Part shown: positions 12,783 to 27,662 of the stretch, piece by piece
How the letters are laid out: the number at the start of each line of letters is the position of its first letter
Position numbering within the stretch: position 1 is the first letter of the stretch
Origin: the human T2T-CHM13v2.0 reference genome, Homo sapiens
Assembly (NCBI RefSeq): GCF_009914755.1
Contig: NC_060925.1
Length of the DNA stretch: 64,000 bases
Reading direction: 5' to 3' (one strand)
Notes under the pieces: model-generated
The model's input: the letters and a program-made list of their open reading frames with translations, nothing else
Databases searched by the model: none
What the model was told of the DNA's origin: nothing
Made by a program: the position numbers and the translations under genes

Positions 12783-15778
12783 CAACGGGATCCTCTAAAC
12801 CAGTGAGAAATAGTCCTTCAGCTCATAAGTCCTTTAGCTTCTCCTGTGCCTCATACATTCGTTTTCTCTGCTCACATCGGAGGGAAGAAATAGGCCTAAA
12901 GAGTTGGGGTTTATTTTTTAAGTTTTTTTTTTTAAGGAGAAAAAAAACACTGATATCAACAAAAAGAAGAGTCACTCATTATTAATATTAGAAGGACATT
13001 AGCTAGACACAGATCAACTTCCACATTTTTCAGATGAGGAAACTGAGGCCAAAGAAGCTAAAAGCCCTAGCAGCACTGTGGGAAAATCCCTAGGATGAGC
13101 CATCTTAGGACACAACATTGAAAGCCATGCCCTCATTTCCCTTACTTACTTGCACTATTAACTTCCTATTAATGATTACGATAAATTGCTGTATACTAAG
13201 TCCTATACTCAGGAGAAAGAAGCAAAACTGTACCCAGCAGGAGTTTACCAGGACTGAGTTAATGTCTTTTTCTTTGAATCCATTTCATCGCTCATACCCG
13301 CGATCCCTGTCAATGCAATGATAAACCATTTTTTTTGTCATTTATGTTCAAATCCTTAGAGTCATAGCCATGCTTCATGTTCACCCCTTTTTTTGATACT
13401 TCAAGTCCTGTTAATTACCCATTAAATATTCATTCTCTCAACAGGCATGTATTCATCTCCTTCCCTGTGCCAAGCACTGTTCCTCCGTGTGGTTGTCCCT
13501 TCCTTTCCTCTCCAATCCTTCATTCATCCCCCAGGCCCAAGCTTTTTCACCTTCCAATGACTGGTGCTGCAAGAACTACATGGTTGCCTCCAGGCCACCT
13601 GTCTCCAGTACATTATGTCTGGCCAATCTTCCTTCAACATTGCACCAGTCATGCCATCAGGAAGTCTGCAGTTGACTGCTTCCTAGTACTTAGCAATTCA
13701 GGTTCAAGTTCTTCCCCCTGGTTTTCAAGTTTTCCTGCAACCACCTTAGCTACCCAAACTTATGCTCCCACTATTTTCACCTAACTCTTCTTTAACTGGT
13801 GAAACTGCACTCATCCTTCAAGGCCTAGAGTCATGTATCACCTGCTCTCTAAAAAGTCCCTCTTCCCCACCATTGGAGCAATGGCTCCCTCTTACTCCTC
13901 CCAGGGCACTCACTTCTAGCACAAGACTGTCCAAATTGCTGTATGCCTATTTGTTCACCTGGATTCTGAGCTTTCTGAACATAGGGACTATCCTTTTAAA
14001 TGTTGTATTCCAATGTCCAACAGAGTGGAGGAGCTCAATAAATATCTTGTGTTGGATTCATTTATAGCTCCTAGCACAGCACAGAGCTCTCCACGGTGTT
14101 CAGTGAAGACTTGCTGAGCATCTGACATCAGGGCATCATTCAGTGATAAAGACAGGTGTATAAACAGCAATCATGACACAAAAGATATGTTCATAAAGCA
14201 CTCTTTTTTAAAGAAGAAATTTCCCTTTTTGAGAAAATGAGACCAAAGAGATCAAAAGTCCAAGCAGTACTTTAAAATTTATCTTAGAACATCAGAAAGG
14301 ACACCAGAGATTTCGTTTTTAAAGAGGAGCTTTCCCTTTTATTATTTTAAAGGAGTGCCCCCATTATTTTAAAGAATTAGAAAGAAAGTCTGGATTCACT
14401 CCATAATTGCTAAGGAATAAAAATATTACATCTCTGAAAGAGCAATCTTATTTTACCAAGCCTGAAGGTATGCCTAATCTAGAATAATACATTTTAAGTA
14501 AAATTAAAACAATGTAATTAGCAATATGAAACATATGGGGGCTATGATGACCAGGATGAAAACAGATGTGATCTTTTTTGTTGGACCACTTTACTATTCA
14601 TTTATTTAAGGGCATTTTCCTCCCTGTACCCTAACTACTAAAATGGCCCTCATGCTATTTTTTTAAAATACTTTCCTTAAATACTTAAGCATTTAGGATA
14701 TCATACCACTTATTTGCTATTTGTTAACTCATATGGCATTTTCAGTTTTTAAAAAGAGTTGGCTCAGAAAACTGAGCATATCAGGATGATGTTATGGATG
14801 ATACCAGCCATGAAAAATACACTTCCTATGATGTGCAGAAAACCACATCAGTTTCACCAAAAAAACACAATTTGTGCCTCTGGAATTGGATCTCATATCA
14901 AACATTTATCAAATACATATGATGGACAAGATCCTGTGCAGAAAACCAGGTTGTACCTGGGCGACTCCTTGCTCTCAAGTTGACCATACAGGGAAGGGGC
15001 ATTTGAGCTGGGAAGTTTTTCACTCACTCCCCTCCATGTGTATACAGAAATGGCGAGGTCTTTCTAGTACCAGGCTCACTGTTTAGAAACACTACACATC
15101 TGTGTGTGACTAAGGGCTCTGAAAGCGCATGAGGAGGAGGTTCTGGTGAGGATGTCTCTCTTTTGTTGTGGCTGCTGAGTCAGCCTACTCCCCACATCTG
15201 GCCCTTCATGGGGGGCATCTACCACTATTCATTTTGTCCTAAATGCATTTGTTTACCTTTGATGTGCCAGGAACCAAGCCCACTGAGTCTCCTTTGGGTT
15301 TAGAACCATATTGTCTACAAAACAATCGCAACATCTATAGTCATTGAAAGGCATTTGGAGAAACATTCTCAAGAATTCGAGAATTGAAGTTACATAAAGC
15401 ATGTTTCCATCTAAATGCACTGGGGAATAAAAAAGGGTTCACGGGGCCTCTGGCATTGCTCCAGGAAAGGACTATTACACCACAGAGGAATTGGGTTTTT
15501 GCCCAGTGGCCTTTGGAATGACCTGAACTTTATATACTTTTTAAAATAGATGCCCTGTATAGTCATCACCTGGCAGTAGAGAAATTTCCCAAGTCTACTC
15601 TATTACATGTGATGCTTACATTCTTCTGCAAGCATTCGTATATTCTACACCCCCAATGGGCCTGATCCCCAGGACCTACACTAAAGGATCTCTCCCACTT
15701 GCCAATGGTAGTGATATCCCAGCCTTAGCAAGAGGTCCTTGCCTTGGAGACACCTAGGTTTATTTTTTTTAACTTCTT

Positions 15779-16285
<507 letters not shown>

Positions 16286-16813
16286 TATGCTATTATATTT
16301 TACCACAATTAAAAAACACAAGGAACTACAGAAAAAGCAAGGAAGCTACTCATAACCTTACACAATATCCCCCTACTCCCAGTCTCCACTGTCAATCATA
16401 ACTTTCTGGAGAAGTAAATGGAGAAAGCATATTGCAGGTTAATTTATGTTTGAGGCAGCTTATTCCAGCCATAGAAAGGGGATGGATTTAAGCAGGACAA
16501 AAGGAGAGGCAGGGAGGCTGGTGATGCAGTGACAGCAATAAGGCAAAAGATAATGAAAGCCTTAACTAGCTAGCTCTCTGCTAAAAGACAGACATTAGAA
16601 ACACATTGAGAACCTAAATATGTTTGGTGCGTGACTAATGATAAAGATGAAGAGGAAGAAATCTAGGTACCTAGCTTTAGAAACTTAGCGATGCACCATT
16701 ACTTGAGACCAGATACACAGGGAAACTGAAATTTAATAATTTAATTAGAAATTTTAAATATTTTCACTAAAATTTTAAATAACTTGATTACAATTGATAA
16801 TTGGGAATGTGAT

Positions 16814-17444
16814 TATAGTGGTTTGTAATTTGTTAACTTGGTTAAAATGGCTATTTCCCAGACTGCTCTTCCTCATATGTTTCTGGCTGGGGTAAACCGT
16901 AAGAGACATTTTGTGTGAGTTCTGCAAGGTGGAAGTGAAGCAGCACCCAGAATGTTTTGACATGCAAAGGGTTGGTGCAGGAGCACTAGGCACCAATGCA
17001 GCTCACGTGTACGTGATATCACTTATCTGCTGCTTCATCTCCTTGGCATGGGGCAGCAGCCAGTCCTGCAGTTAGCTTCTCCACCTCCTCCTGGATCTTC
17101 CTTCAGCTTTTCTAACTCTTGAGCCGGGGAGTATTTAGCTCCAAGACAAAGTGTGCCAGCTTCTCCTGTAGACACCCACATCATCAAAGTTAGAGGTAAG
17201 AGAGACTGACACAGGATCCATCCATCTTTCTGGGTTCTGGTTGGTGGTTCTAGGATTCAGCTTGTTCCTCCTCCTTTTCTCCATTTACATGCATCTTCCC
17301 ACTTCCTGACTGCCAGTCATGCAAACTTCATGCTCCAGCATGAGACACAAAGACAACAGCCTCACAGAGACTGGATAATCACATCTCACAATTGTGTAAG
17401 GTTCAACTTCTGGTGGTTTTGCTTCCCTGACAAACCCTGATAGA
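16814..17444 (+). mobile_element. ERVL LTR (LTR41/LTR52-like)
   Basis: TAGTGGTTTGTAATTTGTTAACTTGG...GCTTCCCTGACAAACCCTGATAGA, followed by the ERVL internal start GAATTTGGTA. Confidence 0.65.
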
Positions 17445-18100
17445 GAATTTGGTAGCAGACAAGATTCCAGGGGTATAGAACCTGAAGAATGAGTTGTCTA
17501 AACAGGTTCCAGGTTACTTGGAATTCATCCTCTGATTTTCCTAATGCCCTGTTTCCAATGGTTAAGAGGACATTAGTATTATGCAGTGGCAAACAGTTAC
17601 ACAAATTATCACATTGACACCTTTAATCAAATGCCTATGGAACGACGGTTGGCAAACTTTTTCTGAAAAGGGACAGATGATAAATATTTTAGGCATTGGA
17701 AGCCACATAGTCTCTGCTGCATACACTCCACCTAGACTCTGCATAGTCTCTGTCTCTACTCAACTCTGTGGTTGTAGCACAAAAACAACCACAGACATAT
17801 GTGTATGAATGAACGTGGCTATGTTCCAATAAAACTTTATTTACAAAAATAGGGGCAAGCCAGATTTGGCTCAGGAGTCATAGCTTGCTGACTTCTGCTA
17901 TAGAAGGAAAGCTTTGGATGAACAAGTATTTGCTGCCATAGAATATTTCAGTGAAAATACAAACCATAATGGGATTGATTAATTGCTTCTAAGTGTGCTG
18001 GAGAACTTCAGAAAAGAAAATGATGAGCTCTGGGCTTTACATTCTTAGCTCAAGGTCTATATAAGGAAGCTAAACTCTTCTATGATTACCCTAAAAGAAT
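17445..18100 (+). mobile_element. ERVL internal fragment (leader/gag-like), interrupted by MER58A
   Basis: GAATTTGGTAGCAG start; TTGCTTCTAAGTGTGCTGGAGAAC...GAAAATGATGAGCTC typical of ERVL internal sequence. Confidence 0.6.
17643..17897 (+). mobile_element. MER58A (hAT-Charlie)
   Basis: GGTTGGCAAACTTTTTCTG...TTCCAATAAAACTTTATTTACAAAAA; 8-bp TSD CTAT(G/A)GAA. Confidence 0.88.
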
Positions 18101-18169
18101 TCTGACTGATACAGTGATGACTGAACTAAAATCAGTAGATGTTTTGCAGGCTAACTTTAAAAAGAAGCA

Positions 18170-18370
18170 ATAAATTTGTAGGGGAGTTAATTTGGGACAT
18201 GCCAAGTTGGAGGTGTCAATGAAGCGTCCAAGTGGTGACGCTTGGCAGACAGTAGGATGCATAGTCTGAAACTCTGGGAGAAATGTCCATTTGGAAATCA
18301 CTCACACGTACTCAATTGTTATAATCACAAGAATAAAAGAGGTAACAAGGAAAATGAGAGAGAGAGAGAA

Positions 18371-18401
<31 letters not shown>

Positions 18402-18590
18402 AAGTGCAGGAGGCTAAAGCAGACCCTAAGAAACCCAACATTCAGTGGAGGGACAGGGGACGAGGGGCCCGTAAAAGAGCCTGAGAAGTTGAAGACCCCA
18501 GAAGAGAGTAGCATCGCCAAGATCAAGGAACTGGAGTGTATCAAGAAACTGCGAGTGAATGCAATAAAACTGCACATGGCAGAGGTTGAG
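18170..18590 (+). mobile_element. L2 fragment containing (GA)n at 18356-18400
   Basis: TTTGGGACATGCCAAGTTGGAGGTGTC... L2-like; GA microsatellite. Confidence 0.6.
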
Positions 18591-18775
18591 AAAGTCCTAA
18601 GTCAAAATTGAAACAAAAGATCCACTGCCTTCAAAAGAAACAACTGGAGAGGAAAGGCAAGGTGATGAATTTTTATGAGGTGTGTCACCAGGAACACCAT
18701 TCATTCCATAAGCATTCCTTTCTTTAAAGAGGAATACCTCTCTTAACAGCTTAACTCAGGGTGGTGCAAAGAAGC

Positions 18776-18995
18776 TTTTTTTTTTTTTTGAAGGGTTTTT
18801 TCAAATGTTTATTTTATGTACAAAGAACTATCATGTTTTTAATTGAGTAGATGCCTTGGATAATCCTTTGAAGGAAGATCGTTTAGACCAGCTTAATGAA
18901 ACAGACATCCTTCGCGTACTGACGGAAACACTGGCGGCACATATTGAGGCCGTATTTCAGGATCAGACCTGCCGGTTCGAACACACGCGACAAGA
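18776..18995 (-). pseudogene. RPS29: 5'-truncated processed pseudogene of ribosomal protein S29 (uS14)
   Basis: Minus strand reads SCRVCSNR[1-bp deletion][28 protein letters not shown] (stop at 18883-18885), then RPS29-like 3'UTR, AATAAA (18808-18813) and poly(A) (18776-18789); intronless; TSD GCAAAGAAG(C/T)T at 18766 and 18996. Confidence 0.93.
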
Positions 18996-18999
18996 GCAA

Positions 19000-19204
19000 A
19001 GAAGTTAAAAGAGAAGTGTCTGTGTGGCTCCTTCCACGTGGGTGAAGGACTGTGCCAGCTGAGAGGTGGTAGAGCAGGAAGCTGCCTGAGGACCTCCATT
19101 TATTTGGTGAAAAACTGGGCTCCGCCCTTAAGAGAGCAAGTCGAGGGCCGTGTAGGAGTTGGAGGAGAGAAATGAAATTTTGGAAGAGTCAGCAGAAGGT
19201 GGGA
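19000..19204 (+). promoter_or_regulatory. Candidate promoter/first exon next to the RPS29 retrocopy
   Basis: CACGTG at 19035-19040, GC box GCTCCGCCCT at 19119-19128, donor-like AAG|GTGGGA at 19198/19199, CpG enrichment. Confidence 0.35.
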
Positions 19205-19363
19205 AATTTTTATTTCATTTACAGCAGTACAGACTTCATGCAGCCAAAAGTATGAATGCCCTTTCTTCTGTGACTTACACTGTAAAGGGAGCATTTCTCT
19301 TATGTGCAAACTAACCATAGTGGACATGTTTGTCTACATCCAGACCAGTTCCTAGATTCAAAA

Positions 19364-19736
<373 letters not shown>

Positions 19737-20287
19737 TAGATTCTCCCAGTGGGTTATAAAATCTGGAATATTTCTGAAGAAATTATTTCTGCTACACACA
19801 CACAGACACATACACAGAGAGACACACACACAGCGCAGGTGACAGCTCTTTGGTAACTCAACTATGAAGTATAGTTTTTAGAATATTTTCACTGATGAAA
19901 GATCAAACTACAGTGATTCTGTGTGAACTCTGGTGTGTATGCGTGTTTCTGTGTGTGTTGTATAAATATATATATATATTTCACCTTAAAATCAGAGAAG
20001 AACCTGATTTTGAAAGAGCAACTGACAAATTTTATTTCCAGGGAGATTCGCTGCCAAAAGGGAAAAACCATCCTGTCTGGTCTCACCAAATACCATCTCC
20101 CGTCTATTCGCCACTCAGCAACCAGAGTGATCTCTTAGAAACATAATTGGGTCATATCACTCTTCTGCTGAAAACTCCCAATGGAGAGTATTCACCAAAA
20201 TGTTAACACAATCCTTTCTGGGTGTCTTAATGCTTTGAGAAAATGAACAGTAGATTTTCCTCATTAAAAGATTAGGCCCTCTGTCTT

Positions 20288-20412
20288 AAGGAGGAGGAGG
20301 AAGAGAAGGAGGAATAGGAGGAGGAAGAAGAGGAGGAAAAAGGAGAGGAGGAGGGGGAGAGGGAGGGAGAAGAGAGGGAGGAGAAAGAGGAGGAGGAAGA
20401 GGAGGGAAGAAG
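20288..20412. repeat. GA-rich polypurine tract
   Basis: 125 nt of purines with a single T (20315). Confidence 0.9.
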
Positions 20413-20879
20413 CCCTACTGCAGATTGGACAGCTTCAAACAAAAATAGCATTACCCCTACTCCTACATTTCATTCATTTTGTTATCCCAGGGTGGGCCAT
20501 TTTGAAGTTGGTAAGGGTTTATTTTAAAGGATTGGGCCTTCTCAGAGAGAGAGTAGACAATGATAGGCAAAGATGGGGCTCTCTTCTTAGGAGGTATTTC
20601 ATACTCCCAGTCCCTACTAGAGTCTGTGTTGAAGGTTTCTAAATTTTATTTCTAACCCTGAAGTCTCACTAGGCATCTATTGGAAGTCATAGTTTCCAAT
20701 CAAATGTATAGCCTTCAGTTTGAAGCATTTGAACATGTTTAAAGTCAAATTTGCCATTTGTCCTAAAATAGCAGGCTCCCTTTTCAAACTAACTTATCTC
20801 TGTTAATGCAATATTATTCTCTAAATTTACGCAGGCATAAAATCTAAAGTGGAGTCACTCATCTTTGATTTATCCCTTG

Positions 20880-23095
20880 TTTAAAAAGTTGAGATCAAAT
20901 CCACATTACATAAAATTCAGCATTTTACCAACTTTAAGGTGCACAACTCAGTAATTTTTAGTATATTCACAATGTTGTACAACCATCACTACTATCCAAT
21001 TCCAGAGTATTTCCCATATTTCCCAATTTCCTCCTCCCCTCATCCTGGCACTACCAATCTACAATCTGTCTCTATGGATTTGACTATTTTGGACATTTCT
21101 ATAGATGAAATAATAGAATGTGCAGTCTTTTGTGTCTAACTTATTTCTTTCAGCATAATGTTTTGAAGGTTCATCCATGTTGTAACATGCATTGTATCAG
21201 TATATCAGTCATTTTTGTAGTTGAATAACGTTCCATTATATACCACATTTTGTTTATCCCCTTATCAGCTGATAAACATTTGGTTTGTTCCATTTTCAGG
21301 CTATTATGAATAACACTGCTATGAACATTGGTGTACAAGTTTTTGCGTGAACATATGTTTTTGAATTATACATTCAAAACGTACATGAACATCCATTTTT
21401 GGTATATACCCAATTTCTTGGGTATATCCAATTTGGTACATACCCAATTTCTTGGGTATATCCAATTTGGTACATACCCAATTTCTTGGGTATATCCAAT
21501 TTGGTACATACCCAATTTCTTGGGTATATCCAATTTGGTACATACCCAATTTCTTGGGTATATCCAATTTGGTACATACCCAATTTCTTGGGTATATCCA
21601 ATTTGGTACATACCCAATTTCTTGGGTATATCCAATTTGGTACATACCCAATTTCTTGGGTATATCCAATTTGGTACATACCCAATTTCTTGGGTATATC
21701 CAATTTGGTACATACCCAATTTCTTGGGTATATCCAATTTGGTACATACCCAATTTCTTGGGTATATCCAATTTGGTACATACCCAATTTCTTGGGTATA
21801 TCCAATTTGGTACATACCCAATTTCTTGGGTATATCCAATTTGGTACATACCCAATTTCTTGGGTATATCCAATTTGGTACATACCCAATTTCTTGGGTA
21901 TATCCAATTTGGTACATACCCAATTTCTTGGGTATATCCAATTTGGTACATACCCAATTTCTTGGGTATATCCAATTTGGTATATACCCAATTTCTTGGG
22001 TATATACCAAGAAGCAGAATTGCTGGATCATACAGTAACTTTATTTTCAACTTTTTGAGGAGCTACCAAACTGTTTTCCATAGCAGCTGCACCATTTCAT
22101 TCCCACCGGCAATGTATGAGGATTCCCATTTCTCCCTATCCTTGCCAACACTTATTTTTCCTTTTTTTTAATTAAAGCCATCCTGGTGGATGTGAAGTGG
22201 TATCTCATTGTAGTCTTAATTTGCATTTGTGTAATGACTAATGATGTTAAGCATCTTTTCACATGCTTATTGATCATTTGTATATTTTCTTTGCAGAAAT
22301 ATCTGTTCGAGTCCTTTGCTCATTTTTAAATTGGATTATTTGTCCTTTTATTGTTGAATTTTAAGGGTTCTTTATGTATTCTGGCTACTAGACTATTATC
22401 AGATATATGATTTACAAATATTTTCCCCCGTTCTCTGGTTTGTACTTTTACTTTCTTGCTAGTGCCCTTTGGTGCACTAAAGTTTTTAATTTTGATGAAG
22501 TCCAACTTCTCTATTTGTCTTTTATTGCTTGTGCTTTTTGTGTCATATTTAAGAAACCATTACCTAATCTAAGGTCACAGAGATTTACACCTGTTTCCTT
22601 TGAAAAGCTTTGTTATTTTAGCTCTTATAGTTAGTTATTTGATCTATTTTTACTTAATTTTTGTATACAGTGTAAGCTGGGAGTCCAACTTCATTCTTTG
22701 ATATGTAGATATTCAGTTGTCCCAGCACCATTTGTTGAAAAGACTGTCCTTTCTCCCCGGAACAGTCTTGGAAACCTGTTGAAAATCAATTGTCCACAGG
22801 TGGATGGATTTATTTCTGAACTTTCGGTTTAATTCAGTTAGTCTATATGTCTAGCCTTATGCGAGTACCATACCCTTTAGAATACTGTAGCTTTGTAGTT
22901 AAGTTTTAAAATCCAGAATTGTGAGTCCTTCAATTTTTTCTTTTTCAAAACTATTTTGGTTATTCAAGGTCTCTTGCATTTCCACATGGATTTTAGGATC
23001 TGCTTGTCCATTTCTGCAAAAACCAAGGAGGCAGTTTGAATTTTTATAAGTTTTACATTAAAACTGCAGAGCAATTTAGAAAGTACTGCCATCAT
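20880..23095 (-). mobile_element. L1MB-like 3' portion, hosting the 34-bp minisatellite
   Basis: L1MB 3'UTR motifs; ORF2 C-terminal motif KIKLLYDPAILLLGIYP at 22050-22000(-). Confidence 0.85.
21401..22010. repeat. 34-bp minisatellite, 17 full copies plus one partial, quasi-palindromic unit GGTACATACCCAATTTCTTGGGTATATCCAATTT
   Basis: Units start every 34 bp from 21401 to 21979; units 2-17 are identical; units 1 and 18 have GGTATA. Confidence 0.98.
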
Positions 23096-23124
23096 TTTTT
23101 CCTCTCTTCTTGTTTCAATTTGTT

Positions 23125-23862
23125 TGGTGTTTTGTTTTACCATTTTAACTATTTTAAGTATTTTAACTGTACAGCTCAGTGGCATTAAGTACATTTACAT
23201 TGTTGTGCAACCATTACCACCATCCATCTCTAAAACTGTTTTCCTCTTCCCAAACTGAAACTCCATACCCATTAAACAGTAACTCCCCATTCCTTCCTCT
23301 CCCAGCCTTTGGGAAGCATCGTTCTTCTCCTTTCTGTCTCTGTGAATTGGACTACTCCAGGTACTTCATATAAGTGAAATCACATAATACTTGTCCTTTT
23401 GTGACTGCCTTATTTCACTTAGCATAATGTCCTTAAGTTTCATCCATATTGTAGCATGTGTCAGAATTTTCATCCTTTTCAAGGCTGAATATTATTCTAT
23501 TGCATGTATATACCACATTTTGTTTATCAATTCATCCATTGATAGACACTTGGTTGCTTCCACCTTCCAGCCAATTGTGAATAAGGCTGGTATGAACATG
23601 GGTGCACAAATATCTATTTAAGTCCCTACTTTTAATGATCTTAGATATATACCCAGAAATAGAATTGCTGGATCATATGGTAATTCTATTTGTATTTTTT
23701 TGAGGAATTGTCATATTGGTTTTCACAGTGGCTGCACCAGTTTACATTCCTACTAGCAGTTCCCAAGGAATTTAATTTCTCCATATCGTCACCAACATTG
23801 TTATTTTCTGTTTTGTTTTGTTTTGGTTTTTAATAATAGCCATCCTAAGGAGTGTAAAGTGG
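23125..23862 (-). mobile_element. L1MB 3' end fragment
   Basis: TGTACAGCTCAGTGGCATTAAGTACATTTACATTGTTGTGCAACC. Confidence 0.85.
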
Positions 23863-24317
23863 AACAATGCCCAAGGATTGTGTTCTTTTTGATGCTGTTG
23901 TGCATCAAATTATTTTCCTACTTTCATTGTTGGATTGTTCATTGCTAATATATAGAAATACAACTAATTTTTGTATATTGGTCTTGTATCCTTCAACTTT
24001 GAATAGAAGTAGTGAGAATAGTAATTTTCTTTTTTTTCATGATACTAGGGAGAAATTTTCAACCTTTCACCATTAAGTATAATGTTAGCAGTGGGTTTTT
24101 CAAAGATGACCTTTATGAGATTGAAGAATTTCCTTTCTTTTTCTGGTCTGGTGTGTTTTTAAATCATGAAAGGGTACTGGATTTTGTCAAATGCTTTTTC
24201 TGTATCTATTGAGATGATGATTTTTTTCCCTTTATCCTATTAATATTATATTGATTAATTTTTATATATCAAATCAATCTTTCATTTCTGGAATAAACTC
24301 CACTTGGTAGTGATGTA

Positions 24318-25911
<1,594 letters not shown>

Positions 25912-26234
25912 GATAATCATTTTCATATGCTACTGAAGTCAATTTGTTAGTATTTTGTTGAAGATTTGTACATCCATATTCACAATGGATATTGGTCTGT
26001 TATTTTCTTTTCCCTGTTGTCTTTGTCTGGTGTTAGTATTAGGGTAATATTGGTCTTATAGAAGGTGTTAGGAAGTATCCCCTGCCCTTTATTTTTTTAA
26101 AAAATCTTTGTGAAAGCTTAAGGATAATTATTTGAAAATTTGGCAGAATTTATCAGTGAAGCCATCCAGTCATGGGCTTTTTTTTTTTTTTTTCTTGTCT
26201 TTTTCCTTTTTTTCCCCCTTTTAAAACATGGTCG

Positions 26235-26819
<585 letters not shown>

Positions 26820-27541
26820 TTGTTTTGGGTTTTTTTGTTGGAAGTTTTTTGATTACTGATTCAATTTGTTTACTTTTTATACATCTATCCAGACTTTCTA
26901 GTCTTTCTTGAGTGAGTTTTAGTACTTTGTGTGTTTTTAGAAATTTGTCCATTTTCTCTAGATTATAAAATTTGTTGTCATGCAATTGCTCATAGTATTG
27001 CCTTATAATTCTTTTTATTTCTTTAAGATTGATAGTAAGGTGCCTGCTCTCATTCCTGATTTTCGTAATTTCAGTTTTCTCCCTATTTTTCTGGTCAGCA
27101 TGGATAAAGGATTGCCTATTTTGTTGACCTTTTAAAAGAACCAACTTCTGGCTTCATTGATTTTCTCTAATATTTTTCTAATCTCTTTTTCATTTACTTT
27201 CACTCTAATCTTTATTATTTTCTTCCTTTTTCTTGCTTTGGGTTCAGTTTGCCCTTCTTTTTCTAGTTTCTAAAAATGGAAGATCATGTTGTTGATTTGA
27301 GATCTTTCTTCTTTTTTAATGAAGGTGTTCAACTAACTGTAAATTTCCCTCTAAGCATTCTTCCAACATTCCCTGTATCCCATACATTTTTCTATGTTAT
27401 GTTTTCATTTCTATTCACCCCAATATTTTCTAATGTCTCTTGCAATTTCTTCTTTGACCCACTGTTGTTTAAGAGTTTCTTTGTTTAATTTCCATATATT
27501 TAGGAACCTTCCTGATTTACATCTGTTATTGACTTCCAACA

Positions 27542-27662
27542 TTTTAAAAGATGGGGTCTCACTATGTTGCCCAGCAGGCCTTGAACTCCTAGGCTCAAGC
27601 AGTCTTCACACCTCAGCTTCCTGAGTAGCTGGGATTACAGGCACATGCCACCACACCCAGCC
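27542..27662 (-). mobile_element. FLAM monomer
   Basis: Single Alu arm. Confidence 0.8.

Noticed and set aside
14745-15086. Possible exon after TTTTCAG and short ORFs
   Set aside because: No recognisable protein similarity and no convincing donor.
18242-18611. RE-rich ORFs
   Set aside because: Produced by a (GA)n microsatellite in an L2 remnant.
18776-19198. Chimeric retrocopy of RPS29 plus another mRNA
   Set aside because: The TSD GCAAAGAAG closes the insertion at 18995, so 18996 onward is pre-existing flank.
21401-22010. CRISPR-like array (palindromic repeat of ~34 bp)
   Set aside because: Units are head-to-tail with no unique spacers, no cas genes are present, the context is primate, and the unit derives from flanking L1 sequence.
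21319-22171. The 205-243 aa ORFs as real genes
   Set aside because: They arise simply because the tandem unit is stop-free; there is no gene structure.
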